From Haliotis rufescens (lineage: Eukaryota): a stretch of 64,000 bases of DNA. Position numbers and translations under genes: made by a program. The DNA lies in NCBI RefSeq assembly GCF_023055435.1, contig NW_025963890.1, positions 65,844,001 to 65,908,000 on the forward strand, written 5' to 3'. Position 1 is the stretch's first letter. Each line of letters begins with the position of its first letter. Below, piece by piece: positions 52,901 through 63,002 of this stretch. The notes under the pieces were generated by a model. It ran no database searches. It was not told where the DNA came from and worked only from the letters and a program-made list of their open reading frames with translations.

Positions 52901-53003
52901 TATTTTGCACCTGGAATGAAGAGGTCATGAAATGAGTACTGCAATCTTCTTACCCTTTTGTTTTCATCCACAATATAAAGATTATATCCATCTGCATTGA
53001 TCG
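7865..53003 (-). CDS. PDE10A: PDE10A-like GAF-A/GAF-B/PDEase phosphodiesterase, spliced, 5'-partial (span of coding exons in window)
   Basis: Exons joined by hand with GT-AG boundaries and consistent phases. The protein has [16 protein letters not shown], catalytic [24 protein letters not shown] and CDL..KPW motifs. It is colinear with human PDE10A as recalled (e.g. [31 protein letters not shown]). Confidence 0.93.
8118..8504 (+). mobile_element. two tandem copies of tRNA-derived SINE family A (8118-8290, 8333-8504)
   Basis: A box TAGCCTGGTGG, B box GGTTCGATTCC, (ACTC)n tail. Other copies at about 17749-17965(-), 37743-37900(-), 39240-39375(-), 49790-49935(-), 52407-52572(+), 56845-57011(-), plus fragments. 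Confidence 0.88.
8603..8691 (-). CDS. PDE10A: PDE10A-like exon E20 ([30 protein letters not shown])
   Basis: 89 nt, TAG/GTGAGA; GF...PCY motif. Confidence 0.93.
9130..9416. repeat. about 58-bp minisatellite, about 5 copies, abutting the E19 donor
   Basis: Unit ...gctgaaatattgctgacatggccataaatttgaactcac. Confidence 0.9.
9417..9497 (-). CDS. PDE10A: PDE10A-like exon E19 ([27 protein letters not shown])
   Basis: 81 nt, TAG/GTGAGT; GD.E...MMDR motif. Confidence 0.93.
11231..12443. repeat. 37-bp minisatellite, about 32 copies
   Basis: Unit cctcctcagtaagtctgtttctcaagggagcgtaaga. Confidence 0.97.
12582..12693 (-). CDS. PDE10A: PDE10A-like exon E18b ([37 protein letters not shown]), alternative to E18a
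   Basis: 112 nt, phase 2 to 0, tgCAG/GTAGGA; same length as E18a. Confidence 0.92.
14204..14315 (-). CDS. PDE10A: PDE10A-like exon E18a ([37 protein letters not shown]), alternative to E18b
   Basis: 112 nt, phase 2 to 0, gcTAG/GTGACT. Confidence 0.92.
14981..18800 (-). mobile_element. degenerate DIRS-like retrotransposon
   Basis: RT remnant [20 protein letters not shown] (16311-16577) and FQMESIQ (16525-16749). RNase H remnant QGLW...[10 protein letters not shown] (16027-16278). Low-complexity gag-like remnants at 18044-18611. Inverted repeat 14981-15027/15251-15297. Frameshifted; outer boundaries approximate. Confidence 0.75.
17749..17965 (-). mobile_element. SINE family A copy with long (GAGT)n tail, inserted in the DIRS relic
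   Basis: Reverse complement of the 8118 element. Confidence 0.88.
19300..19440 (+). mobile_element. Penelope-like element terminal fragment with hammerhead-like core
   Basis: CAC-CTGATGA-AGGAG..CTCT-GAAACGTT-GTG followed by aatagagaagtt. A related fragment CCGAAACGTTG...AATAAAGAAGTTG lies on the minus strand at about 22632-22680. Confidence 0.5.
19899..20173 (-). mobile_element. SINE family C (tRNA-Leu-like head with long A-B spacer)
   Basis: Head GGTGGCCCAGTCGTCTAAGGCG ... GGGTTCAAATCCC and ACTC tail. Copies at 34292-34578(+) and 51107-51368(-); partial copies at 5684-5875 and 14770-14975. Confidence 0.8.
20280..20401 (-). CDS. PDE10A: PDE10A-like exon E17 ([25 protein letters not shown]...QEH-R)
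   Basis: 122 nt, phase 0 to 2; ILATDLA motif. Confidence 0.95.
20495..20800. repeat. diverged minisatellite, unit about 39 bp
   Basis: Repeated aattactaaattctccatgttc...cccagct. Confidence 0.8.
20878..20928 (-). CDS. PDE10A: PDE10A-like exon E16 ([17 protein letters not shown])
   Basis: 51 nt, CAG/GTAAGG. Confidence 0.93.
21158..21480. mobile_element. palindromic non-autonomous repeat, copy 1 (copy 2 at about 22305-22620)
   Basis: Two direct copies of about 320 bp, each with an imperfect inverted repeat of about 60-bp arms centred on ttttatacca...tggtataaaa. Confidence 0.75.
21806..21961 (-). CDS. PDE10A: PDE10A-like exon E15 ([22 protein letters not shown]...[16 protein letters not shown])
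   Basis: 156 nt, phase 0-0; HD metal-binding signature. Confidence 0.96.
22700..23601. repeat. 32-bp minisatellite, about 28 copies, containing the E14 exon end and donor
   Basis: Unit ctgacctcaagtggagtaaacaggagccatga. Confidence 0.97.
23586..23736 (-). CDS. PDE10A: PDE10A-like exon E14 ([33 protein letters not shown]...FTPLE)
   Basis: 151 nt, CAG/GTCAGT; YHN..H catalytic motif. Confidence 0.95.
25196..25322. mobile_element. Tc1-like palindromic MITE in a (TA)n tract
   Basis: tactactcaaaagaagttaaggatcacc ... ggtgatccttaatttctttagagtagta. A second inverted-repeat element lies at about 25528-25660. Confidence 0.7.
26700..27087. repeat. about 89-bp tandem repeat, about 4 copies
   Basis: Repeated ccctcccaacttccacaccacccttccttttagcttatacttgctccatcaccacaaacc. 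Confidence 0.9.
27703..28294. repeat. 35-bp minisatellite, about 17 copies
   Basis: Unit caacaatgagggtaaccttctgtcactatataact. Confidence 0.96.
30370..30693 (-). mobile_element. LINE ORF2 C-terminal (CCHC zinc knuckle) remnant
   Basis: CPYC...[20 protein letters not shown] is typical of non-LTR retrotransposon ORF2 C-termini. Confidence 0.8.
30694..31081. mobile_element. hAT-type MITE
   Basis: TIRs TAGGGCTG.../...CAGCCCTA; 8-bp TSD gtagacat/gtaaacat. Confidence 0.85.
31311..31397 (-). CDS. PDE10A: PDE10A-like exon E13 ([29 protein letters not shown])
   Basis: 87 nt, phase 2-2, CAG/GTAAGC. Confidence 0.88.
32086..32225 (-). CDS. PDE10A: PDE10A-like exon E12 ([29 protein letters not shown]...HAIT-S)
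   Basis: 140 nt, CAG/GTGAAC; LSYH linker helix. Confidence 0.93.
32287..32398. mobile_element. short MITE with 19-bp TIRs
   Basis: cagggtgctgttgtacaaa ... tttgtacaacggcaccctg. Confidence 0.7.
32826..32940 (-). CDS. PDE10A: PDE10A-like exon E11 ([38 protein letters not shown])
   Basis: 115 nt, CAG/GTAATG; NKFDE motif. Confidence 0.95.
33630..33791 (-). CDS. PDE10A: PDE10A-like exon E10 ([24 protein letters not shown]...[12 protein letters not shown])
   Basis: 162 nt, TAG/GTAAGT; GAF-B core. Confidence 0.95.
35100..35230 (-). CDS. PDE10A: PDE10A-like exon E9b ([44 protein letters not shown]), alternative to E9a
   Basis: 131 nt, phase 0 to 2, ggCAG/GTTGGA. Confidence 0.9.
36228..36373 (-). 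CDS. PDE10A: PDE10A-like exon E9a ([49 protein letters not shown]), alternative to E9b
   Basis: 146 nt, phase 0 to 2, gaCAG/GTTAGA, open frame, clear paralogue of E9b. Not shown by the ORF track. Confidence 0.9.
36431..37186 (-). mobile_element. internally deleted mariner relic with both TIRs
   Basis: Transposase remnant QDNG..H...[15 protein letters not shown] (36532-36861). TIRs of about 37 bp (caaggggtgattgataagttctcagcctcacatagaa and its reverse complement at 37150-37186); TA follows the right TIR. Confidence 0.88.
38424..38601. mobile_element. pogo/Tigger-like MITE relic
   Basis: tacagtgaaacct... and ...gggtttcattgca ends. Confidence 0.5.
40412..40463 (-). CDS. PDE10A: PDE10A-like exon E8 ([17 protein letters not shown])
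   Basis: 52 nt, phase 2 to 0, CAG/GTAGGT. Confidence 0.92.
40825..41114. repeat. about 50-bp minisatellite, 5-6 copies, abutting the E7 donor
   Basis: Unit gacagacagtgagtatatgctgttgttggacttgtgtttggaggtttagtg. Confidence 0.9.
41117..41175 (-). CDS. PDE10A: PDE10A-like exon E7 ([20 protein letters not shown])
   Basis: 59 nt, CAG/GTAAGT; matches KQTELNDFLLDVSK. Confidence 0.92.
42137..42187 (-). CDS. PDE10A: PDE10A-like exon E6b ([17 protein letters not shown]), alternative to E6a
   Basis: 51 nt, phase 0-0, cctaCAG/GTATCC. LAW matches the human helix, W is at position 8 and the Y-x-E end is shared with E6a. Not shown by the ORF track. Confidence 0.8.
44431..44481 (-). CDS. PDE10A: PDE10A-like exon E6a ([17 protein letters not shown]), alternative to E6b
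   Basis: 51 nt, phase 0-0, ttgTAG/GTAAAC. 17 codons with W at position 8, as in human VATANLAWASVAIHQVQ. Confidence 0.78.
44922..44980 (-). CDS. PDE10A: PDE10A-like exon E5 ([20 protein letters not shown])
   Basis: 59 nt, phase 1 to 0, CAG/GTAAGA; matches GILELYR...F....QE. Confidence 0.9.
46135..46228 (-). CDS. PDE10A: PDE10A-like exon E4 (DGRFPEGLG...[18 protein letters not shown])
   Basis: 94 nt, CAG/GTAATA; matches DERFPRG...QSVLCLPI. Confidence 0.92.
46580..46850. repeat. about 42-bp minisatellite, about 6 copies
   Basis: Repeated agagttatctgcccactaaa. Confidence 0.85.
47505..47622 (-). CDS. PDE10A: PDE10A-like exon E3 (SKPM...[22 protein letters not shown])
   Basis: 118 nt, CAG/GTAAGT; matches GAF-A GTTVSAYVA. 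Confidence 0.9.
48268..48296 (-). CDS. PDE10A: PDE10A-like micro-exon E2 ([10 protein letters not shown])
   Basis: gttgcAG acceptor, GTGAGA donor, 29 nt, phase 0 to 2. It bridges E1 (ends phase 0) to E3 (starts phase 2). Confidence 0.75.
49335..49732. mobile_element. MITE-like inverted-repeat element with a 53-bp internal tandem duplication
   Basis: ttggagttg...ataaaacactgc...aataaacca is matched in reverse by tggtttattt...gcagtgttttat...caactccaa. Confidence 0.65.
51608..51945 (+). mobile_element. SINE family D (tRNA head plus gtcatacc...aagatggta...ccctgcctggca core)
   Basis: A box TAGCCTGGTGG, B box GGTTCAATCCC. Related copies at 29098-29420(+), 55698-55962(+) and 4318-4447(-). Confidence 0.75.
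52954..53003 (-). CDS. PDE10A: PDE10A-like exon E1 ([17 protein letters not shown]), start of GAF-A
   Basis: tttcAG acceptor, GTAAGA donor, 50 nt, phase 1 to 0; similar to human ATKADGFALYFL. Confidence 0.88.
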
Positions 53004-53159
53004 CTGAAATAAAAAAACGAAACATTATAACACAAACAACACACAGTTCACACAGGAGAACATTGTAATTCCAATTAAGGCTGAGCATATACAAACACAA
53101 TTTCAGGAAAGTTTTCTGGTTATTGATCTAAGTATTTTACCCATAGAAACAGACACTAG

Positions 53160-53825
53160 TATGTTTTGATTATGGTCATGGTCTAAGTATGTTTCCTTGG
53201 TCATGGTCTAATCATGTTTCCTAGGTCATGATCCAAGTATGTTTCCTTGGTCATGGTCTAATCATGTTTCCTTGTTCATGGTCTAGGTATGTTTCCTTGT
53301 TCATGGTCTTAGTATGTTTCCTTGTTCATGGTCTAATCATGCTTCCTTATTCATGATCTAAGTATGTTTCCTTGTTCATGATCTAAACATGTTTCCTTGG
53401 TCATGGTCTAAACATGTTTCCTTGGTCATGGTCTAAGTATGTTTCCTTGGTCATGGTCTAAGTATGTTTCCTTGGTCATGGTCTAAGTATGTTTCCTTGG
53501 TCATGGTCTAAACATGTTTCCTTGGTCATGGTCTAAGTATGTTTCCTTGTTCATGGTCTAAACATGTTTTCTTATTCATGGTCTAAGTATGTTCTCAAGG
53601 AAATGGTCTTAGTATGCTTTCACGATAATGGTCTAAGTATGTTCTCAAGGTAATGGTCTATGTAAGTTTTTCACGACAATGGCCTGAGTATGTTCTCAAG
53701 GTAATGGTCTAAGTAAGTTTTTCACGACAATGGCCTGAGTATGTTTTCAAGGAAATGGTCTAAGTATGCTTTCACGATAATGGTCTAAGAATGTTCTAAA
53801 GGTAATGGTCTAAGAATGTTTCTGT
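53160..53825. repeat. 25-bp minisatellite, about 26 copies, two sub-variants
   Basis: Unit ggtcatggtctaagtatgtttcctt. Confidence 0.95.
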
Positions 53826-56125
53826 GCAATATTTGCTGCCTACCGTACCTGAACACACACAGCCAGCCAGCTCGTGCAGGATAATGGCTTTCCCATTGGG
53901 CTGGTAAACCTCCCTGGCTAACTCCTGTAGCACTCGACCACGGCTCGACTGAATTCGGGACTGAAGTGAAATTCATTCACATTGAATTAAATCATACAGT
54001 CAGCTTGACATGCTTCTATTATCACAAGTTACTTATGAATATGGAAAGCGTCTTGTCGCTTTCTTTTTTCCAAATGTTCAAACATTATTATCATCCTGAC
54101 ATGCTTTGACTGACACTGTTTGTTGTTTAACTCACTTTAACACATACTCATCAATGTTCCATCTATATTATGTAAATAATAATCAGGTTTGAACCAGACA
54201 TCATGAGCATCAATTACTCAATTTGGATATGATGACATGCATCAACCAAGTCAGTGAGTCCGACCACCTGATCCCGTTAGTCGCCTCTTATGACAAGCGT
54301 AAGTTGCTGAAGATCAATTCTAACCCAGATCTAACTGACATTACAAAACACCTATTTGGTATTTATGAATGACTATAAGAGTGAAACCCTACTGTCAGTT
54401 GTGACGCCATCATCGCTGAATACATTTGTTTGTTCGTTGTTTGACGGCACTCTCTGCAATTTCCATCTATATGAGGATGGTCTGTCAATAAGTAAGTCTG
54501 GACCAGACAATCCAATGATTGGAATTGTCAGCAACCCATCAAATCTAATGAAATTAATAAGCACAGAAGATATCTTCCAAACACAGATGTTTCTAATGCT
54601 ATATTAATAGTTAATTTCCTACCTTCCACTTTGAAAGACTTGATTTATTATCACCATGGTTTTCACCTGAAAGAAAATATCAGGAATAAAGTTCAGGTTA
54701 TGAAAAATACACCAAAAAAGAGTCATACTACACATTTAGGACTGATATTCTTTGTTCTCCGGCACAGTGAGTTTTTTTCCACATCAGTCACCACCAACAA
54801 GGCACTTTGTAACAAGCTGTTTGTGTTGGTCAGTTTTGTGGAAAAAATAAAGGCTAAGTCCTTTTAGTTTACAGCAATACATTGATGTAAACAAACATAT
54901 GTCAGAAAAGGCTTGGTTATCTTGTTTACAGTGAACAGAAGCTATGCACCCTGGGGTACAATCCATTTCATCAATCACTTTCTACAAAATTAACATTTAC
55001 TTTTATGGTGGTCAGACAAATAATTAATATTTTCAGATCCTGAATTTTGAACCTGTTCCCAAACCATCTCCTCCTTCAACCAAAGACACCCCCACCGCCT
55101 TCCGCCATCCTTCCCCGAAAGACACAACCCAACTTCCTTCCCCCCCCCCCCCCGACACACACACACACATCTCCCATTTGAAACAAAATCGCCCATAATG
55201 ATGTATCAATACTCCAGAGCTTTCCTTTCGTTTCATGAAGCACACAATAAGCTAATGGAGCTCAATCTAAACAGAATGGGAGTGCCCAGTCACTGTTGTC
55301 ACACAATATGTCACAGATGACACACGCTAATGATGATTGTTTGTTTGTTTGCTTATTGTTTAAAGCTGCACTGAGCAATATTACAGCTAAGATGACGTCG
55401 GTCAGTAAATAATGGACCAGACAATCCAGGAATTGACATCATGAGAATCTATCCAAGCAATTGGGATCGATGACATGCACCAACCAAGTCAGCGAGTCTG
55501 ACCACCCGATCCTGTTAGTTGCCTCTTACTACAAGCTGTTGGAAAGCAGAATGATGGATCTGAGGGAGTTCAAGCAAATACGTAATGAGGCCTGAATCCA
55601 AATTCCATACTTAATTATGTAAAAATTGACTTTAATATTTTTTGTTTGTGTTTTATGAGGTACAAATGTAAAAAAACTTTGCATACTGTGTATATATGTG
55701 TCATACCTAAATATGTTAAAAGATGGAAATTGTTGTTACCCTGCCTGGCATTTGTCATTAATGGGATAAAACTGGTCAGCTCAGAGTGAGTGTACTGTGT
55801 ATGAATGGGGTGTCCATGTTCATCTGTGACATGGTATCTCAATAGGTTGAAACTAAGCACTATAAAACTGACATGAGTCTGGATGGGTACAAACAGCCAC
55901 ACGCACGTTGCCATACAGTGTGCAATAATCTTGAATGCAACATCAAACCCAATTTTCACAAACAACACCAACAAGGCTTCTCACCACAATGGATGAGAAC
56001 ATAATCTCTCCATAAGGTCATGTACACATTGTTATTCATGGTTTATAGATTCTTTTCTGATTATTTTTATCAGAGAAGGTTTTGTTCTCTTTATAGGTGC
56101 TCCTCAGTGGACAGATATGGCATAT

Positions 56126-57446
56126 ATACAAGGGGTGGATGTTCTGAGCCCAACAATGATGGACTGTGTTGATGGATCGAGTTGGTTGCCAGTATCTTTT
56201 CAACATAATCCCATCTGAGGTCCATACACTTCTACCATCAATGCTGGAGTGCCTGGACTCCATTGGTGGAGAAGGTTCCTCCTGGTGGTGTTAAGTCCTC
56301 TACAGCAGAAATGACATCACCATTTGCATAATGCTTGCCAGACATTGCTACCTTCATGTTTGGGAAGAGGTGGAAATCTGACCAAGCCAGATATGGCGAA
56401 TACAGACTTGTGCACAGGTGCAACAATTTTAATGAATTTTCCCATGCAATTAACTGTTTCTGATCATGAGTCAGAAGCCTTGGAACCCAGTGTGCTGAAA
56501 CCTTTGTCATGCCATTTATGCCTCAGAACGCTCTTCACTCTCTCATGAGAGATGCCCACTGTATTGGCTGTCAGTGGTCGATTATCCATAATCATATCAT
56601 GTCTTTGTCAACACTTTCCTCAGTGGAAGCAGTCGAAGGTCTTCCAGATCTTGGACCATCTTCAAGCCTCACTCTACCCTTCTTGAACTCTGCTGCCCAC
56701 CTCCTAACAGAAGCAAAGGAAGGAGCATCATTCATGATGTCCGGCGCATCAACATGCATGGATGCTTAAGAAGTCAGCCCTTTCAGTTGGAGATACTTGA
56801 TGACAGTGCTCAGGAGCCAATTTTGTCCATTTTCATCAACAAGGAGTGAGTGAGTGAATATGGTTTTACGCCACTTTTAGCAATATTCCAGCAATATCAT
56901 GGCTGGGGACACCAGAAATGGGCTTCACACATTGTACCCATGTGGCATATTGAACCCGGGTCTTCTGCATGACTTGCGAGCGCTTTAACCACTAGGCTAC
57001 CCGACCGCCCTATTAACACGGAACTCAGGTCACATTAATGCTTGCGGAAATAGGCTGCCTGGTTGTGTGTTGGGTTCAAATGCAGGATGTAAACATGGAA
57101 GTGTTGTACTCAGTACTTACTACATGCAACTGTTAAGGGAGCACTTTACATCCTGTGTGACCTATGAAAATTCCAGGGTAGAATAAGTCTTCAGCAGCCC
57201 ATGCTTGTCGTAAAAAGCGACTAACAGGATCGGGTTGTCAGGCTCGCTGACTTGGTTGATGCATGTCATCGATCCCAATTGCGTGGATCAATGCTCATTA
57301 TATTAATCACTGGATTTTTCTGGTCCAGACTTGATTATTTACAGACTGCCGTCATATAGCTGGAATATTGCTGAGTGCGGCGTTAAACAACAAACCAACC
57401 AACCAACAACATCCTGTGTAGTTCACAACTATTCACCAACCTGCGT
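56126..57446 (-). mobile_element. degenerate mariner with two nested SINEs
   Basis: KVSAHWVPRLLT and YSPYLAWSDFHLFP (56238-56510); TIR-like tacaaggggtg at 56126. The right end is tentative. Confidence 0.8.
57160..57408 (+). mobile_element. SINE family B copy with 11-bp target-site duplication ACATCCTGTGT
   Basis: TSD at 57148-57158 and 57409-57419. Core catgcttgtcgtaagaggcgactaa resembles a Nin/Deu-type SINE domain (from memory); (AAAC/AACC)n tail. Other copies at about 6400-6615, 15345-15572, 25800-26035, 31748-32000, 38040-38305, 47670-47905, 50398-50640, 54118-54332, 55335-55537 and 62237-62473. Confidence 0.85.
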
Positions 57447-57729
57447 ACAGTGTATTTTGACAAGTTTCACCTGAAGGGTTAACAATTATACTTTCTTTTC
57501 TATTTTTTCAGCTGAATATTTTTACTATTTTTGGTTGGGCAAAAACAAATAAACAGTAATAAAAATTTTTTGTGTGTGATTTTTATCTCCTGTCGAAACA
57601 ATAAACAAAACTCCCATGTGTTGTCATGTGACAAGCTGGGCATGTCATGTGACTAGTTTGGCACGACAAGCTGTATAGGAGCATGGTTTTACATTGCTGA
57701 TAGCATTAATCCATATGATAGTGCGTGCG

Positions 57730-57769
<40 letters not shown>

Positions 57770-58332
57770 GATAGTGCAGTGAGATAGTGATTAAGTGTGT
57801 GTGCATGACAGTGTGCGTGTTAGTGTGGGTGTGTATGTGTGAATGCATATGTGTGTGGGTGTGGAATCAAACCTGAGTTGTTGGCATGACGAAGCAAGGC
57901 TTTAACCACTCACCCACCCCACCGCCTCTTAGATGAATATGAAACATGGGACATTCTCCAAGCTTGCTCACCTGGAACATACTTATATCAAGCACCTGCA
58001 TGACAAACTCAGTACAGTAGAAAGTGAGCAAATCAAATTATTGGCTCACAATTTCCTTATCAACTGGAGTGTGCAAACTCATGTAGCCAGGGGCTAATAC
58101 AGTCATACAGGCTGACGAGATCTGACAGCTAACTAGGTGCCCTTTAATCAGACAGACAGGCTGGATAGACTCATAGGGGGTAGGGAGTGAGGGGTGCGGC
58201 ACCTCAGTCATATTTGTGATACTTAGTGTAGAATGTATGTCTATTTGTGAGCTGGGGTGGGGCACAGTCAGGTCATGTATTGGCACATGTTGCACAGATA
58301 GTCTGGACTACCCTGTGCTCAATAGGTTACAT

Positions 58333-61300
58333 GATGAACAGACAATGAAATTATAACATACAGACAGTGGACAGACAATACAGTGATGATATACAGACAG
58401 TGGACAGACAATACAGTGATAACATACAGACAGTGGACAGACAATACAGTGATAACATACAGACAGTGGACAGACAATACAGTGATGATATACAGACAGT
58501 GGACAGACAATACAGTGATGATATACAGACAGTGGACAGACAATACAGTGATGATATACAGACAGTGGACAGACAATACAGTGATGATATACAGACAATG
58601 GACAGACAATACAGTGATAACATACAGATAGTGGACAGACAATACAGTGATAATATACAGACAGTGGACAGACAATACAGTGATAATATACAGACTGTGG
58701 ACAGACAATACAGTGATAACATACAGATAGTGGACAGACAATACAGTGATAATATACAGACAGTGGACAGACAATACAGTGATAACATACAGACAGTGGA
58801 CAGACAATACAGTGATGATATACAGACAGTGGACAGACAATACAGTGATAACATACAGACAGTGGACAGACAATACAGCGATAATATACAGACAGTGGAC
58901 AGACAATACAGTGATGATATACAGACAGTGGACAGACAATACAGTGATGATATACAGACAGTGGACAGACAATACAGTGATGATATACAGACAGTGGACA
59001 GACAATGAAGTTATAATATACAGACAGTGGACAGACAATACAGTGATAACATACAGACAGTGGACAGACAATACAGTGATAACATACAGACAGTGGACAG
59101 ACAATACAGTGATAACATACAGACAGTGGACAGACAATACAGTGATGATATACAGGCAGTGGACAGACAATACAGTGATAATATACAGACAGTGGACAGA
59201 CAATACAGTGATGATATACAGACAGTGGACAGACAATACAGTGATGATATACAGGCAGTGGACAGACAATACAGTGATAATATACAGACAGTGGACAGAC
59301 AATACAGTGATGATATACAGACAGTGGACAGACAATACAGTGATGATATACAGACAATACAGTGATAACATACAGATAGTGGACAGGCAATACAGTGATA
59401 ATATACAGACAGTGGACAGACAATACAGTGATAATATACAGACAGTGGACAGACAATACAGTGATGATATACAGACAGTGGACAGACAATGCAGTGATGA
59501 TATACAGACAGTGGACAGACAATACAGTGATAACATACAGACAGTGGACAGACAATACAGTGATGATATACAGACAGTGGACAGACAATACAGTGATAAT
59601 ATACAGACAGTGGACAGACAATACAGTGATGATATACAGACAGTGGACAGACAATGCAGTGATGATATACAGACAGTGGACAGACAATACAGTGATAACA
59701 TACAGACAGTGGACAGACAATACAGTGATGATATACAGACAGTGGACAGACAATACAGTGATAATATACAGACAGTGGACAGACAATACAGTGATGATAT
59801 ACAGACAGTGGACAGACAATACAGTGATAACATACAGACAGTGAACAGACAATACAGTGATGATATACAGACAGTGGACAGACAATACAGTGATAATATA
59901 CAGACAGTGGACAGACGATACAGTGATGATATACAGACAGTGGACAGACAATACAGTGATGATATACAGACAGTGGACAGACAATACAGTGATAACATAC
60001 AGACAGTGGACAGACAATACAGTGATGATATACAGACAGTGGATACAATACAGTGATGATATACAGACAGTGGACAGACAATACAGTGATTATGTACAGA
60101 CAGTGGACAGACAATACAGTGATAATATACAGACAGTGGACAGACAATACAGTGATGATATACAGACAGTGGACAGACAATACAGTGATAACATACAGAC
60201 AGTGGACAGACAATACAGTGATAACATACAGACAGTGGACAGACAATACAGTGATAACATACAGACAGTGGACAGACAATTACAGTGATAACATACAGAC
60301 AGTGGACAGACAATACAGTGATAACATACAGACAGTGGACAGACAATACAGTGATAATATACAGACAGTGGACAGACAATACAGTGATAATATACAGACA
60401 GTGGACAGACAATACAGTGATGATATACAGACAGTGGACAGACAATACAGTGATAACATACAGACAGTGGACAGACAATACAGTGATGATATACAGACAG
60501 TGGATACAATACAGTGATAATATACAGACAGTGGACAGACAATATAGTGATAATATACAGACAATGAACAGACGATACAGTGATAATATACAGACAGTGG
60601 ACAGACGATACAGTGATTATGTACAGACAGTGGACAGACAATACAGTGATAACATACAGACAGTGGACAGACAATACAGTGATAATATACAGACAGTGGA
60701 CAGACAATACAGTGATGATATACAGACAGTGGACAGACAATACAGTGATGATATACAGACAGTGGACAGACAATACAGTGATGATATACAGACAGTGGAC
60801 AGACAATACAGTGATGATATACAGACAGTGGACAGACAATACAGTGATAATATACAGACAGTGGACAGACAATACAGTGATGATATACAGACAGTGGACA
60901 GACAATACAGTGATGATATACAGACAGTGGACAGACAATACAGTGATGATATACAGACAGTGGACAGACGATACAGTGATTATGTACAGACAGTGGACAG
61001 ACAATACAGTGATGATATACAGACAGTGGACAGACAATACAGTGATGATATACAGACAGTGGACAGACAATACAGTGATGATATACAGACAGTGGACAGA
61101 CAATACAGTGATGATATACAGACAGTGGACAGACAATACAGTGATGATATACAGACAGTGGACAGACAATACAGTGATGATATACAGACAGTGGACAGAC
61201 GATACAGTGATTATGTACAGACAGTGGACAGACAATACAGTGATGATATACAGACAGTGGACAGACAATACAGTGATGATATACAGACAGTGGACAGACA

Positions 61301-61827
61301 ATACAGTGATGATATACAGACAGTGGACAGACAATACAGTGATGATATACAGACAGTGGACAGACAATTACAGTGATAACATACAGACAGTGAACAGACA
61401 ATACAGTGATAATATACAGACAGTGGACAGACAATACAGTGATAATATACAGACAGTGGACAGACAATACAGTGATGATGTACAGACAGTGGACAGACAA
61501 TACAGTGATAACATACAGACAGTGGACAGACAATACAGTGATGATATACAGACAGTGGACAGACAATTACAGTGATAACATACAGACAGTGAACAGACAA
61601 TACAGTGATAATATACAGACAGTGGACAGACAATACAGTGATAATATACAGACAGTGGACAGACAATACAGTGATGATGTACAGACAGTGGACAGACAAT
61701 ACAGTGATAACATACAGACAGTGGACAGACAATACAGTGATGATATACAGACAGTGGATACAATACAGTGATAATATACAGAAAGTGGACAGACAATATA
61801 GTGATAATATACAGACAATGAACAGAC
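58333..61827. repeat. 33-bp satellite, about 105 copies
   Basis: Unit gacagacaatacagtgatgatatacagacagtg; it explains all the long ORFs in this region. Confidence 0.98.
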
Positions 61828-62596
61828 AAAAGAGAAAGCTAACAGTGTTAAACACTGACTGTAACATAGTATGGTCTCTGGCAACTGCAAACATCAAAGA
61901 CCAGTGGAATTCTGGGGGTACGGCGATAGGTTGTTTGTCGTGAAAGGCGATCTGATGGAATATTGCTGAGTGCAGTGTTCAACAACCAACAAAACAAATC
62001 ACTCTACAAAGAACAGATACAACCCCTTCTGTATGATGTGAATATAAAGCATGAACGCCAGAGAATGACCAGTCTCTATTATCTGCCGAAACAGATTCCA
62101 TTTGGCATAAAAGACAATGCAGTGAAGATCATAAGACTGGATCACTGAAATTCAGTGATGGCACCAGGTGTTTGCAAAAAGTGTAAGCATACCTGCCCAA
62201 TCAGTACAATAGGCACCCTGCCACTAACACAATTGACCCGTGAAGATCCAGGGTAGAATAGGCCTTCAGCAAGACTGCTTGTCGTAAGAGGACACTAATG
62301 GGATCGGGTGGTCAGGCTCACTGACATGGTTGATGCATGTCATCGTATCCTCATGATAGATCTATGCTCATGATGTCAATCACAGGATTGTCTGGTCCAG
62401 TCTCAATTATTTACAGACTGCCCCCTTATAGTTGGAATATTTCTGAGTGCGGCGCTAAACAGACAAACAAACAAAACTAACACAATTTGCATAAAAAAGT
62501 GTTTGGTCGTTGCCTGACACCACAAAGCGGCTCTCCTGCTCGTCATGGTTGGTATATAGTCAGATGTAAACATTTTTCACCTCCGAACCAATGAAT

Positions 62597-63002
62597 TAGG
62601 GCTTGGACAAGTCCAAATTAACTACCCGGGTGCCACACACCCTATTACCCGGCCCTACCCGGATACCCGCTATAGGTCTCTAGAGTTGGGTACAAAATGT
62701 CTGAATGGGAATTGTTTTACCACAGCCCTGGCAAAAACTATTTAGATACATGATCATGTATACACTGCAGTTGATAGACCCTTTATCCTTACTCGAACAT
62801 ATAAAAGTCAGAACGAATGCCTGCATAGTGAGAAAGAAATGTGAACATTAGCTATACTTTTAGTGTAACATTGAGTTTTATTGTTAATGTCATTAAACAG
62901 TATGTCACATGACTAACCTTGGGTCCGGGTAGTCATGTGGGTACCCGGGTCCTACTCAGGATCCACCCGACCCAAGTACCAGAGTTACCCGTCCCAGCCC
63001 TA
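62597..63002. mobile_element. hAT-type MITE with (TACCCG)-rich subtermini
   Basis: TIRs tagggcttggac / gtcccagcccta; imperfect 8-bp TSD caatgaat/caatcaac. Confidence 0.75.

Noticed and set aside
57441-57995. Two exon-like segments (30 nt at 57441-57470, 24 nt at 57972-57995) as upstream PDE exons
   Set aside because: No PDE10 similarity. The first overlaps the probable mariner end; the second has a stop in the needed phase.
58308-61943. Long Cys/His-rich or repetitive ORFs (up to 719 aa)
   Set aside because: They are translations of a 33-bp satellite, open in most frames on both strands and shifting frame at indels, with no unique coding sequence.
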